Shown here piece by piece: positions 8,918 to 17,265 of a stretch of 54,665 nt of DNA. Location of the stretch: the NCBI GenBank assembly GCA_946547025.1, contig CAMNOT010000106.1, positions 1 through 54,665 of the forward strand. Direction: 5' to 3'. The translations under genes were made by a program, and so were the position numbers. Within the stretch, counting starts at the first letter, position 1, and each line of letters starts with the position of its first letter. The notes beneath the pieces were generated by a model. It made no database searches and was not told where the DNA came from. It saw only the letters and a program-made list of their open reading frames with translations. Source of the stretch: an uncultured Clostridia bacterium (GTDB lineage: Bacteria > Bacillota > Clostridia > Oscillospirales > Acutalibacteraceae).

Positions 8918-10447
8918 TTACGCCGCCTTATTGTTTGACTTCTTCTTACGTCTGCTGATGAAGAAGACAGTACCGCCTGCGGCTAATAAGATGAATGCGA
9001 TGGAATAAGCGATGATGTTGCCGTTACCGCCGGTCTGCGGCAGTACGGTCTTGGAGTTCTTTACATCAACACTTGTCAGACCGAGCTCAGGAGCAGATAC
9101 GATATAGGTACCGTTCGTCAGCGTATCGCCGTAAGTGACCTTGATCTCAACGGGGATGATGTCGGTATACTTGTTGAAGCCGCTCGGAGCTTTGGTTTCT
9201 TTTACATAATAGGTGCCGCTCTCAAGGAGCATTTCTGTGTTATCCGCATTATGGAATACTACTACGCCGTCATTGTTGGAAGTGCCGGACGCAAGAGCGT
9301 TTTTCTCGTCCTTTGCGTCGGCTTCGGTCTTGTAAATGGAGAAGTCGGCACCGCTCAGCGGATTGCCCTTCTCGTCGATCTTGTTGACCTGAACCTTGAA
9401 GGTGTAGACATATACGGTGTTACCCTCGACCTTACCCTCGACATCATTCTTGTTGGTGTATTTCAGCTCAACAGCCTCGTTGGGGTTACCGGTGATCTTG
9501 GTGGTCGCGTACTTGTTCAGAACTGCGGAGTAGGTAGTCACTACATTCTCTGCGGCATAGAAATCATCCTTCCGGAGGTATTCCTTGTTCAGAGATACGG
9601 TGAAGTTGGTGTCCTTGCCTTCCTCGGCGGTAACATTAACGGTATAGTCCTTCGGATCGAGTGTAGCAAGCGTCTTATTGTCCGCGTCGACCAGCGTTAC
9701 AACAAAGCTGTTCTGATTCAGCGTCAGTCCCTTGGACATCAGGTCGGTGATCACATAAGAGTTCAGCTTGAACTCGTGTTCGGGAACCTCATCGACTACG
9801 CCGAGAACGGAAGTGGTGATCTTAAAATCAACGGTATCTCCGATAGATACATCGGAGAAGTTTTCGTTACCGCGTGTAGAGTTGGTGATAACCTTATGGA
9901 TCTCAGGCTGTTCGTCCTCTACCTTTGCCGCAAGATTAATGGCATCGATGGTAAAAGACCAACCATCCTCGGAGTAGTAAGGCAGCGCAAAACAAGAGTT
10001 AGTAACTGCCTTAACTCCTGCCGGAAAGTTGACGGCACGGACATAGTAGATGCCCTGTGCAAGATCGGACATAGTCTTCGTGTTACCGTCGGTATCGACG
10101 CCGTATTTACCGACAGAAGTCGCTCCGTTGAGCTCAGCGTCCTTATCCAGTGCGGAGAGGATCTTACCTCTGTCCGCCTCTTCAAAGTTGCCGTCAGCAA
10201 TGGCAGCCTTTACAGCGGCGTCTTCGACCTTTACATCGTATTTGACGGTATAGGGATTGGTCGCGGTCACAAGATCGGCGATTTTGAACACTTCAAATTC
10301 GTAACCTGCCTTGTCGCAGTTCATGGTGATCGACACCTTCTTCGTGGTGTCGAGGGTGTTATCGCCCGCGGCGGCATTCGCCACAGGAATAGCGATCGCG
10401 GTGATCATAAAAATAGCCATAAGAATAGAAATTAAACGTTTTGTCAT
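8918..10447 (-). CDS. Backbone (major) pilin, SpaH/EbpB-like
   Basis: Signal peptide, D2 domain (IGDTVDFKIT...ITDLMSKGLT), E-box YYVKETKAPSGF, LPQTG + TM + basic tail. Confidence 0.9.
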   Translation of the reverse strand: MTKRLISILMAIFMITAIAIPVANAAAGDNTLDTTKKVSITMNCDKAGYEFEVFKIADLVTATNPYTVKYDVKVEDAAVKAAIADGNFEEADRGKILSALDKDAELNGATSVGKYGVDTDGNTKTMSDLAQGIYYVRAVNFPAGVKAVTNSCFALPYYSEDGWSFTIDAINLAAKVEDEQPEIHKVITNSTRGNENFSDVSIGDTVDFKITTSVLGVVDEVPEHEFKLNSYVITDLMSKGLTLNQNSFVVTLVDADNKTLATLDPKDYTVNVTAEEGKDTNFTVSLNKEYLRKDDFYAAENVVTTYSAVLNKYATTKITGNPNEAVELKYTNKNDVEGKVEGNTVYVYTFKVQVNKIDEKGNPLSGADFSIYKTEADAKDEKNALASGTSNNDGVVVFHNADNTEMLLESGTYYVKETKAPSGFNKYTDIIPVEIKVTYGDTLTNGTYIVSAPELGLTSVDVKNSKTVLPQTGGNGNIIAYSIAFILLAAGGTVFFISRRKKKSNNKAA

Positions 10448-13400
10448 GATAAAGTTCCTCTCTTTGTTTTAGATTTTTTGATGCAGAGCATCGTTACTGC
10501 GAGCCCTGCCAGTGTGATAGAAATGATATAGAACATCAGGGAACCGCTTCCGCCTGTTTCAGGCATGACGATCTTGGCGTTCTCGACTTCGGCGGAAACG
10601 TCAAGCGTTTCGTTGCTTTCTTCTTTTATCTCGAACGGTATCTTCTCACCGTAAGGGATGAAGCCAAGCAAGGTCTCGGTTTCCTCAAAGTAATACTTGC
10701 CGATCGGCAGCTCCTCGATATGGATGGTGCCGTCATCGCCGGTTACATAGGTCGCCTTTTCCTCATCATCGGTCAGTTCCCAGAATATGTAGGTGTTGTC
10801 TTTGGAAATTGCCCCTACAGGCTTACCTTTTTCGGTATAGAGCCTGAAAGAAACGCCCTTCATCGGGTTGTCATCTGAATCCGTCTTGATAAGATTGATC
10901 GAACCTGTCACCAGCGTATTTTTCAGATTATAGCCGTCCACCTTAACGGTGTAACCGGATACAGGCTCCTCGCCGATGGTATAGGTGTACTCCTTGCCTC
11001 CGTCATGATATTGGTAAAGATTCTTGAAGCTGTACGACCAATCCTGATCCTTACCGGTTTCGACTTCATCGACCTTTGTGCCGTCGCGGTACAGATAGAC
11101 CTTGATCTTTTCGGGGCGATATCCCATGACGTTTTCATAGTCCTTCCATGATTTAGTACCATCTACCGATACCTTGGCAGGAACATAGTGATTCATGAAA
11201 TCGCAGATCAGATGATTTTTATCTTCGGGATCAGCCGCCATGCCACCGGTGCTGCTCTCGTAGTATTCGACAGCGCCCTCTTTGACCTCGTACTGATACT
11301 CATGGAAATGGTTTTCGATATTGATGTCAGCGTATCCTTTATCCAGATCGGCGAATTCATACTGCCAACCGGTGTCCTCGCTCATGGTATAGGAATCGAA
11401 CAGCTCGTTATCCCGATAAAGCTCGATAGTCACGCTCTTGGGGCGTTTACCGTCACGATCATTATCATCATCCCACGTTTTCGTGCCGGATATTGTCACA
11501 GATTCAATGGATTCTTCATTCGATATAGGATAGTTATACATCACGGTATTGGTACTGCCGTCAAGGGTGATCTGACTGAGATATACCTGTTCATCCAGAT
11601 AGAACTTCTCCGGGGCTTTCGTCTCCTGAATGGTCACTGTACCGAGAGGAAGACCGTAAGCATTGTTGATCGAATCATAGAACAGATCATCACCGGACGA
11701 ACGGCAATCAGAATCATAGGCAATCACGCCGTTTTTATCGGTTCCAAACACCCATGATCTTGTCGGGGTAACTCCCGCAAGGTCTTCGACAGACTCGTAA
11801 CGATCGTTATAGTAGTTGACCGTGTATTCAGCGCCGCCGATTCCGCGTCCTTCACCGCCGTTAGCCGCCTGCTTTTTCAGCAGAACAGAAATCGGCGTGA
11901 TGATGGGCTTGTCCTCAAACTCCACTTCATAGGCTTCCTCCTGTAATTCATCGGCTTTCAGCTCCTTGATCTCGTCGGAAAGCTCAAAGCCATAGGGAGC
12001 CTTTGTTTCTTTGACATAATAGGTGCCCAGCTCGATATCGCTGATGGAAGAAACACCGTTTTCATCAGTCACGACGGTTGTATAAGCATTGGTGCCGTTT
12101 TCCGCGTCGGCTCTCGTCTTATAGACGGAAAACTCAGCACCTTCGAGGGTGTAAAGCGGATTACCGTCCGAGATCTCAGGCATAGACGACTTTTTGATGA
12201 TCTTCGCACTGGACGATCCCTCCGGCTCATCCTTGACATTCAGAACCTTCAAATGATTCTCATCATTATTGATGGTAAATGTCATAGTATAAACGGTATT
12301 ATCCATTTTGTACTTGCAGCCGGCAGGGATAACTGATTCCTTGACATAATAAGTACCGGGACCGAGTTCACGAAGCGTCGCGCGACTGCCGTTAGAGGTG
12401 TAGCCTACGCCGTTTTCATCCAGTTCAACATATCCGATGTAGTTACTGCCGCTGGGCGAAAAATCAGTTGAGCTTGTTGAGAACGAGTACCGAATCCCTT
12501 TGAAGGAATACTCCGGTTTACCGTTAGTCCATTCAGGCTTAGCGGATGACTTTTCGATCTTGCCGTACACGGTTTTAGGCTCATCACTTACACTCAGTAC
12601 TACCGGCTGAGTCGTCGTGTGATTGCTTGTTACTTTTACCGTGTAGACTGTATCGTTCTTCTTGTAACTGCAATTCTTCGGGAGCCAGCCTTCTTTCACA
12701 TAGTAGGTACCGGGTGGTAAGAACCGAAGCGTTGCGCGGCTGCCATCCTTTGAATGACCTTCACCGGCAGCATCCAGCTTGATGTAGCCGAGATAGTTGT
12801 TGCCGTTCGTATCAAAGTCGGTCTTGCTCTTGGAAACATAATACTCGATATCTTTAAATGAGTAGTTAGCGTTTCCATCGGTAAGATTCTTATTGGTAGA
12901 AGCCTTGACGATCTTGATATATCCGTGCGGAGCACCCTCCCACGACATCAGGGACTGTGATGCTGTTCCTTCCGGATAGAAATAGAAGATCTCATATTCT
13001 GCCGGTACATTTGGATAATAATCGGTTTTAGCAGCAAATGCCTTTACTGCATCGTTCCAATCATCCAAACAGTATGGGTTCACCTCACCCTGCTGCAGGT
13101 AATCAATGACGCTGTGTACAAAAGCATAAGCGCCGCCAACATTTCCGCTATCATCGAGTGCGCTTTGAATATCATCCCAATAGGTCTTTGATGACTTGTC
13201 ATATTTTGCGCTTGACGAAGGTATGGTTGCGTCGTTATCCAGATAAAGCCAGTAAAACGCCTTTGCTCTCATAGCAGATTTGGACAAATAATACTTAGTA
13301 GCATTTTTGTATGTGCCTTTTGACGGAGTATTATTTGTAGACCAAGAACAGGTTGCGATTTTACCGTTGACTGTAAAGCGGTGCGTGTAGGTATAATACT

Positions 13401-13569
13401 CATTGACCCATATCGAATCGCCATAGTCTACGGTACAGTCGCCTTTTTCAGCGTAAGAATAGCTCACACCTTGAATGCCATCGTTTGCGGCAAATGCAGT
13501 CAATACACTTGAAGTCACAATCATCAGCAGCATAATAATTGCAATAGGAATTTTGATTAATCTTTTCAA
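10444..13569 (-). CDS. Ancillary/tip pilin adhesin with SpaA/prealbumin-like and Cna-B domains
   Basis: TTG start with GAAAGGAG RBS; signal peptide; repeated YYVKE E-boxes; Cna-B motif (GTKTWDD...RPKSVTIELY); MPETG sorting signal. Confidence 0.9.
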   Translation of the reverse strand: MKRLIKIPIAIIMLLMIVTSSVLTAFAANDGIQGVSYSYAEKGDCTVDYGDSIWVNEYYTYTHRFTVNGKIATCSWSTNNTPSKGTYKNATKYYLSKSAMRAKAFYWLYLDNDATIPSSSAKYDKSSKTYWDDIQSALDDSGNVGGAYAFVHSVIDYLQQGEVNPYCLDDWNDAVKAFAAKTDYYPNVPAEYEIFYFYPEGTASQSLMSWEGAPHGYIKIVKASTNKNLTDGNANYSFKDIEYYVSKSKTDFDTNGNNYLGYIKLDAAGEGHSKDGSRATLRFLPPGTYYVKEGWLPKNCSYKKNDTVYTVKVTSNHTTTQPVVLSVSDEPKTVYGKIEKSSAKPEWTNGKPEYSFKGIRYSFSTSSTDFSPSGSNYIGYVELDENGVGYTSNGSRATLRELGPGTYYVKESVIPAGCKYKMDNTVYTMTFTINNDENHLKVLNVKDEPEGSSSAKIIKKSSMPEISDGNPLYTLEGAEFSVYKTRADAENGTNAYTTVVTDENGVSSISDIELGTYYVKETKAPYGFELSDEIKELKADELQEEAYEVEFEDKPIITPISVLLKKQAANGGEGRGIGGAEYTVNYYNDRYESVEDLAGVTPTRSWVFGTDKNGVIAYDSDCRSSGDDLFYDSINNAYGLPLGTVTIQETKAPEKFYLDEQVYLSQITLDGSTNTVMYNYPISNEESIESVTISGTKTWDDDNDRDGKRPKSVTIELYRDNELFDSYTMSEDTGWQYEFADLDKGYADINIENHFHEYQYEVKEGAVEYYESSTGGMAADPEDKNHLICDFMNHYVPAKVSVDGTKSWKDYENVMGYRPEKIKVYLYRDGTKVDEVETGKDQDWSYSFKNLYQYHDGGKEYTYTIGEEPVSGYTVKVDGYNLKNTLVTGSINLIKTDSDDNPMKGVSFRLYTEKGKPVGAISKDNTYIFWELTDDEEKATYVTGDDGTIHIEELPIGKYYFEETETLLGFIPYGEKIPFEIKEESNETLDVSAEVENAKIVMPETGGSGSLMFYIISITLAGLAVTMLCIKKSKTKRGTLS

Positions 13570-13645
13570 TAGTTTCTCTCCTTTCTGAAGATTTGGGTGT
13601 AGTGCAGCGCCGCATGAGAAATACGACGCTGCTTATTTTGTGTGA

Positions 13646-13948
13646 TCAGTCGTCATCAAACTCAGCAGCCCGACGATAGCGGGAGATCAGCCTGAAAAAG
13701 TCTTCAAGGATCTCAACACTGTCATCCATAAAGGTATCCGCAAACGGTCTTTCGGTGAGCTTGTGGATTCTTTCGCACAACAGCAGAAAATCTGCATGAA
13801 GCTTTTCGCTATCGTCACACTCTTCGTCAAAACACAACGCAACATGACGGAGATACTCGCTTCTGGTCATACCGTAAGCCCGAGCATTCTGATCGATGAT
13901 CTCTTTTTCGTCATCCGTAACATAGATGTTCACACGTTCGTTTCTCAT
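13646..13948 (-). CDS. MobC-like ribbon-helix-helix protein
   Basis: RVNIYVTDDEKEII...A...GMTRSEYLR RHH pattern; RBS GGAGG. Confidence 0.7.
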   Translation of the reverse strand: MRNERVNIYVTDDEKEIIDQNARAYGMTRSEYLRHVALCFDEECDDSEKLHADFLLLCERIHKLTERPFADTFMDDSVEILEDFFRLISRYRRAAEFDDD

Positions 13949-14029
13949 AACGCTTTCTAAACCTCCTTCCTATAGATTCAGACATTATCCATTTCAAAGC
14001 CGTGTTTATCACGGTTTACTGATCAGGTA

Positions 14030-14096
14030 ATGTCCTAAAGCAATACCGCACAATTCATTACATACGCCAGTATTCTGCGGTATTGCCTTAGGACAT
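14030..14096. repeat. 21-bp inverted repeat upstream of mobC-like gene (oriT/operator or RNA stem candidate)
   Basis: ATGTCCTAAAGCAATACCGCA (14030-14050) and TGCGGTATTGCCTTAGGACAT (14076-14096), one mismatch. Confidence 0.7.
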
Positions 14097-14134
14097 ATCA
14101 TGTCAGCGCTCTGCCGTCTGTCCTCATACATCTC

Positions 14135-14400
14135 TCACCTGTACAGAACAGGCGGCAAAGGCTTTGCTCATACTTATTCTCAATCCCCCTGAGCAAGGGA
14201 ACATTCTATCGGTCTGCATAACCCATTGGAGTTTCACCACCGCGAGGATCACCCGCGGCCGCCCTCATTGCCTGCGACGGTTGTTATCACGCTCGGACTG
14301 TGACTGGACGGAAGTATCATTATCCTCGTACCCGGGTCTTCGCCTTCCTCATGTTTACCTCATGGGGTCTTAGCCTAAACAACGGATGTTGTTGCTTGCT
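14135..14400 (-). ncRNA. Candidate structured non-coding RNA downstream of sigma factor gene
   Basis: GC-rich gene-free stretch with several hairpins on the minus strand (CCGCGGG/CTCGCGG, GGTGAAACTCC, TTGCTCA/TGAGCAA). Boundaries approximate. Confidence 0.45.
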
Positions 14401-14547
14401 ACAGGTAGCTCGCCTCTTTATCGACTGATCGTCAATAAAGTGGGTACAAGATGTTAATAGATGCTGTATATTCTGTTTGAGGGCGTTCAGCTTAACTGAG
14501 CTGCGTTTTCAACCCCTTCACTACTTATTCCACACTTTTTTCGAAAA

Positions 14548-15174
14548 TTATAAGTAGTTTTTCAAAAATTTTTTTATTTTTTTTATGACAGCGTTTTTCT
14601 TTTGGTTGATCGCAGGTTGAGTAATCCCGTATTCTTCTGCCAATTTCGCCTCTGTTACCGGTGTTTTAGAGAGAAACAATGAGTATATAAGATTAAATTC
14701 AGCATCAGAAAGTTTTGCCAGAGCACCCCGCAATATTTCCAATTCAATCTCGTACAGTGCTAAGTCCTCCACACTTTTCTCCGGTAAAGCCACAGTCTCT
14801 TCAACGGTAATATCTTCTTGATCATGTAATGGAGCATAAAGCGAAATCGTTTCAATCCCGGATTTCTGAACACACTGATTGACATACTGCTTTCTGCGCT
14901 CTCCAATACGCATCTTTTTAACCTGTTCGGGGCGAACCTCAATAAACACCTTTTCAATGATCGGTTCAGCAGGATGTTCGGGCTCATAACCCTCATCTTC
15001 TTTCATTGGCGACGGATGGTCTATCTCAAACCTCAAAAAACGATGCTTAATTCCTTTTTGGGCTTCTTTGTTCAGATAGTCATACGCTTCTATGCCGGTC
15101 AGCTTTTTAAAGCGTCTGGTCTTTTTCGGAGAAAAATAGGTTCCGTTCTCGTCTTCAAAATAGAATGTTTTCAT
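14548..15174 (-). CDS. Sigma-70 region-4 (ECF/Tn916 Orf7-like) protein
   Basis: ALAKLSDAEFNLIYSLF...TEAKLAEEYGITQPAINQKKNAVIKKIKKFL HTH; ATG 15174 with AAAGGAG RBS. Confidence 0.85.
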   Translation of the reverse strand: MKTFYFEDENGTYFSPKKTRRFKKLTGIEAYDYLNKEAQKGIKHRFLRFEIDHPSPMKEDEGYEPEHPAEPIIEKVFIEVRPEQVKKMRIGERRKQYVNQCVQKSGIETISLYAPLHDQEDITVEETVALPEKSVEDLALYEIELEILRGALAKLSDAEFNLIYSLFLSKTPVTEAKLAEEYGITQPAINQKKNAVIKKIKKFLKNYL

Positions 15175-15270
15175 AGTGTAATCTCCTTTGCTTTTTTGAT
15201 ATAAAAGGTTGATCAAAAAAGCGGAGATCACGGGTATTTTGCAAACGCGCAGAGCCACCATGTTATTTTC

Positions 15271-15434
15271 ATGTTCTTGTCCTTCCGCCAAAGCAGACTC
15301 AGGGCAAGAACACAAAAAAGGTCTGACTACTTGCGTAACCAGACCTCTGAAAAAAGAGCGCACAAAGGTTAGGCTACACAGTTGCGTTTTTCTTTCCTTT
15401 CGGAGAAGTAAACACATATGTATCCTCGCCCTGA
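15271..15434 (-). promoter_or_regulatory. Attenuator-like leader with intrinsic terminator and mutually exclusive stems
   Basis: Terminator stem 15319-15346 plus U-tract. Segment 15299-15314 can pair with 15419-15434 or with 15272-15283. Confidence 0.6.
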
Positions 15435-15482
15435 TGTACACTCAGGCATTAGAATATTTGATTAATAAAACGTCGGTAAAAC

Positions 15483-15544
15483 AAAAAAAGCCACCGACAA
15501 GATAAACTTATAGCTTTCACTATAATGCTTACCTTGCCGGTGGC
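15483..15544 (-). terminator. Long intrinsic terminator
   Basis: GCCACCGGCAAGGTAAGC...GTTTATCTTGTCGGTGGC-T7, with G-U pairs on the minus strand. Confidence 0.8.
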
Positions 15545-15682
15545 CTCTCATTTATCTCTGGACTAACTACCGGTTAGTGTTTGGGCGAGACAATTCTCGC
15601 CACACGGTCAAGTGACCTAGAAAAGGACTTACGCAGTCTGTTTCATCTCAGCCTTTCCGTCGTGATGCCGTTGATTCTTTTA

Positions 15683-15938
15683 TTATAAACCGTGAACAGA
15701 TAATAAAGAAACGGTTGTCCTGAATCCTCTTTCATTCAGCCATGCACGCGCCTTTTTGACAACCGGTTCAGGCGCATCTTTGATATTGCAGATAGCCTTA
15801 TATACGCTTGCCCAGAAAACCTCATCCGAATAGTTCTCTACTGGCACAATACTTGCGCATATATGCTTTTATCTTATCCTTATCAAGGCTGAACAATGCC
15901 TCGTTACGTTCTTGCACGAATCTTTGCAATGCTTTCAT
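15683..15938 (-). pseudogene. Frameshifted small hypothetical gene (~85 aa if intact)
   Basis: GGAGG RBS, ATG 15938 MKALQRFVQERNEALFSLDKDKIKAYMRKY; a shift at ~15848 gives VPVENYSDEVFWASVYKAICNIKDAPEPVVKKARAWLNERGF...* (stop 15683). Confidence 0.6.
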
Positions 15939-15950
15939 CCTATTCCTCCA

Positions 15951-16151
15951 TTAATTTATAATATCATATTCTTCATAATTCGGCGCATAGATTTCTATCT
16001 GTTGGTGTCGTCTTCCGATAATCTTACGGACCATCTGTACGCCGCACCTCTCACATTTTGCTTTGATCTGATTCTTCTTGTCCTTTATCCCACATACTTC
16101 TGTCTTACAGTTTGGGCAATACCAAGAGTAGATCTTCCAATCTTGCAGCAC
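15951..16151 (-). CDS. Zinc-ribbon protein (CPNC...CERC), basic
   Basis: Two CxxC pairs; GTG start with GAAAGGAG RBS. Confidence 0.8.
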   Translation of the reverse strand: MLQDWKIYSWYCPNCKTEVCGIKDKKNQIKAKCERCGVQMVRKIIGRRHQQIEIYAPNYEEYDIIN

Positions 16152-16164
16152 TGCCTTCTCCTTT

Positions 16165-16368
16165 CTACGTCTTTGACAGAGACACTAACAAATTAGCATC
16201 ACTTGTTCGATATATCGGTATTCGTTGAGTCCTTGCATATTTCATTATCTGAACTACGTTTCCGCAGCACTCACATTCCATCCATCCGTCTGTTTCCGCT
16301 AAGTTTAACGATTTATTCAATGTGTCACAGATCGGACATTTCACATCAACAGCATTCATATGAAACAT
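16165..16368 (-). CDS. Zinc-ribbon protein (CPIC...CECC)
   Basis: Two CxxC pairs; operon-like spacing after the LexA-like gene. Confidence 0.75.
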   Translation of the reverse strand: MFHMNAVDVKCPICDTLNKSLNLAETDGWMECECCGNVVQIMKYARTQRIPIYRTSDANLLVSLSKT

Positions 16369-16393
16369 CTCCTATCATGTTAAAGTATGTTTT

Positions 16394-17008
16394 TTAAAGA
16401 GCTTTGATAACGTGTCGGGCAACACCTTGCACTTGGAAGCTTTTTACTTTTATCACTTCTCCCGGATACTTCGCCTCATTCTCAAATTTTAGAATATATC
16501 GTCGTTCCGTTTCATCGAAACCAGCGTATCGCTTCAAAGTGTTTTGATTATCAGGATCCAGCGCAACGACTATATCACCTGTTTTTGCAGTACAATTACG
16601 CTCAATCACTATCAAATCATCTTCCTCGATTCCGGCGTCAACCATAGAATCGCCTTTGGCTCTGAGGATATAAAAATCCCCTTTGCCGAACAAAGAAACA
16701 GGCAGACTGACATACTCCTCGACAAACTCTTCCTCTTCTTCCGGAGAGCCACATTGAATTGAACCTACTAACGGGGCGGATATGTAGGCGGTTTTCATCT
16801 TAGCGCTCTTTGGAGCTGAAAGGATACCTCTGTCATATTCAAGTAATCCTCTGTTTTCCAACTCTTTCAGATATCGTTGCGTAGTTGAGCGGGGCACACC
16901 AACACCTGCGGATATCTGAATAATGGTCGGAGCTTCTCGATTGTCTTGATAATACTTACTAACGAATTTCATAATATCGTTCAAGTATGTCTGATTGAAA
17001 GGTCTCAT
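16394..17008 (-). CDS. LexA-like repressor (winged HTH + S24 autopeptidase)
   Basis: N-terminal PTIIQIS...RSTTQRYLKELENRG; Cys-Gly scissile site (IQCG); catalytic Ser GDSM and Lys TLKR. Confidence 0.9.
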   Translation of the reverse strand: MRPFNQTYLNDIMKFVSKYYQDNREAPTIIQISAGVGVPRSTTQRYLKELENRGLLEYDRGILSAPKSAKMKTAYISAPLVGSIQCGSPEEEEEFVEEYVSLPVSLFGKGDFYILRAKGDSMVDAGIEEDDLIVIERNCTAKTGDIVVALDPDNQNTLKRYAGFDETERRYILKFENEAKYPGEVIKVKSFQVQGVARHVIKAL

Positions 17009-17033
17009 ATATCAGCACCTCAATTTCTTTTAA

Positions 17034-17086
17034 TGGGATTTATTTTCCCACTACAATCATTATACTCATTTTCGGATGAATTTCAA
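17034..17086 (-). promoter_or_regulatory. Promoter of lexA-like operon with downstream palindrome
   Basis: TTGAAA(17086-17081)-N16-TATAAT(17064-17059); TGGGA-N7-TCCCA at 17034-17050. Confidence 0.6.
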
Positions 17087-17103
17087 GAGGGGATTTGCAT
17101 TAT

Positions 17104-17137
17104 AAAAGCGAGGTGCAACCAATCGGTTACACCTCGC
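17104..17137 (-). terminator. Intrinsic terminator after WYL gene
   Basis: GCGAGGTGTAACC-GATT-GGTTGCACCTCGC-TTTT. Confidence 0.75.
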
Positions 17138-17265
17138 ATAAAGATAGTATTCATTTTTATAACGTTGATTATAAATTCAAGCGCGGTTCTGCAAGCGGCG
17201 AGAGTGCGGTTCAACCCCGTGTAGCTGTGGTTTTCGGAGCGGGATACTCAGTTCGATATTGAAAC

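Noticed and set aside
9251..10435. 394-aa plus-strand ORF
   Set aside because: Lies fully antisense to the backbone pilin, has no motifs, and is explained by codon bias.
14135..14400. Group II intron or retron
   Set aside because: No reverse transcriptase ORF and no recognisable domain V/VI; kept only as a candidate ncRNA.
15175..15441. 89-codon N-terminal extension of the sigma ORF
   Set aside because: A strong RBS sits at ATG 15174, and the extension runs through terminator hairpins without protein-like features.
15640..15660. GGCTGAGA (minus strand) resembling a TPP riboswitch
   Set aside because: The downstream TPP consensus (CCTGA...TAATGC..GCG.AGG) is absent and no thiamine genes are nearby.
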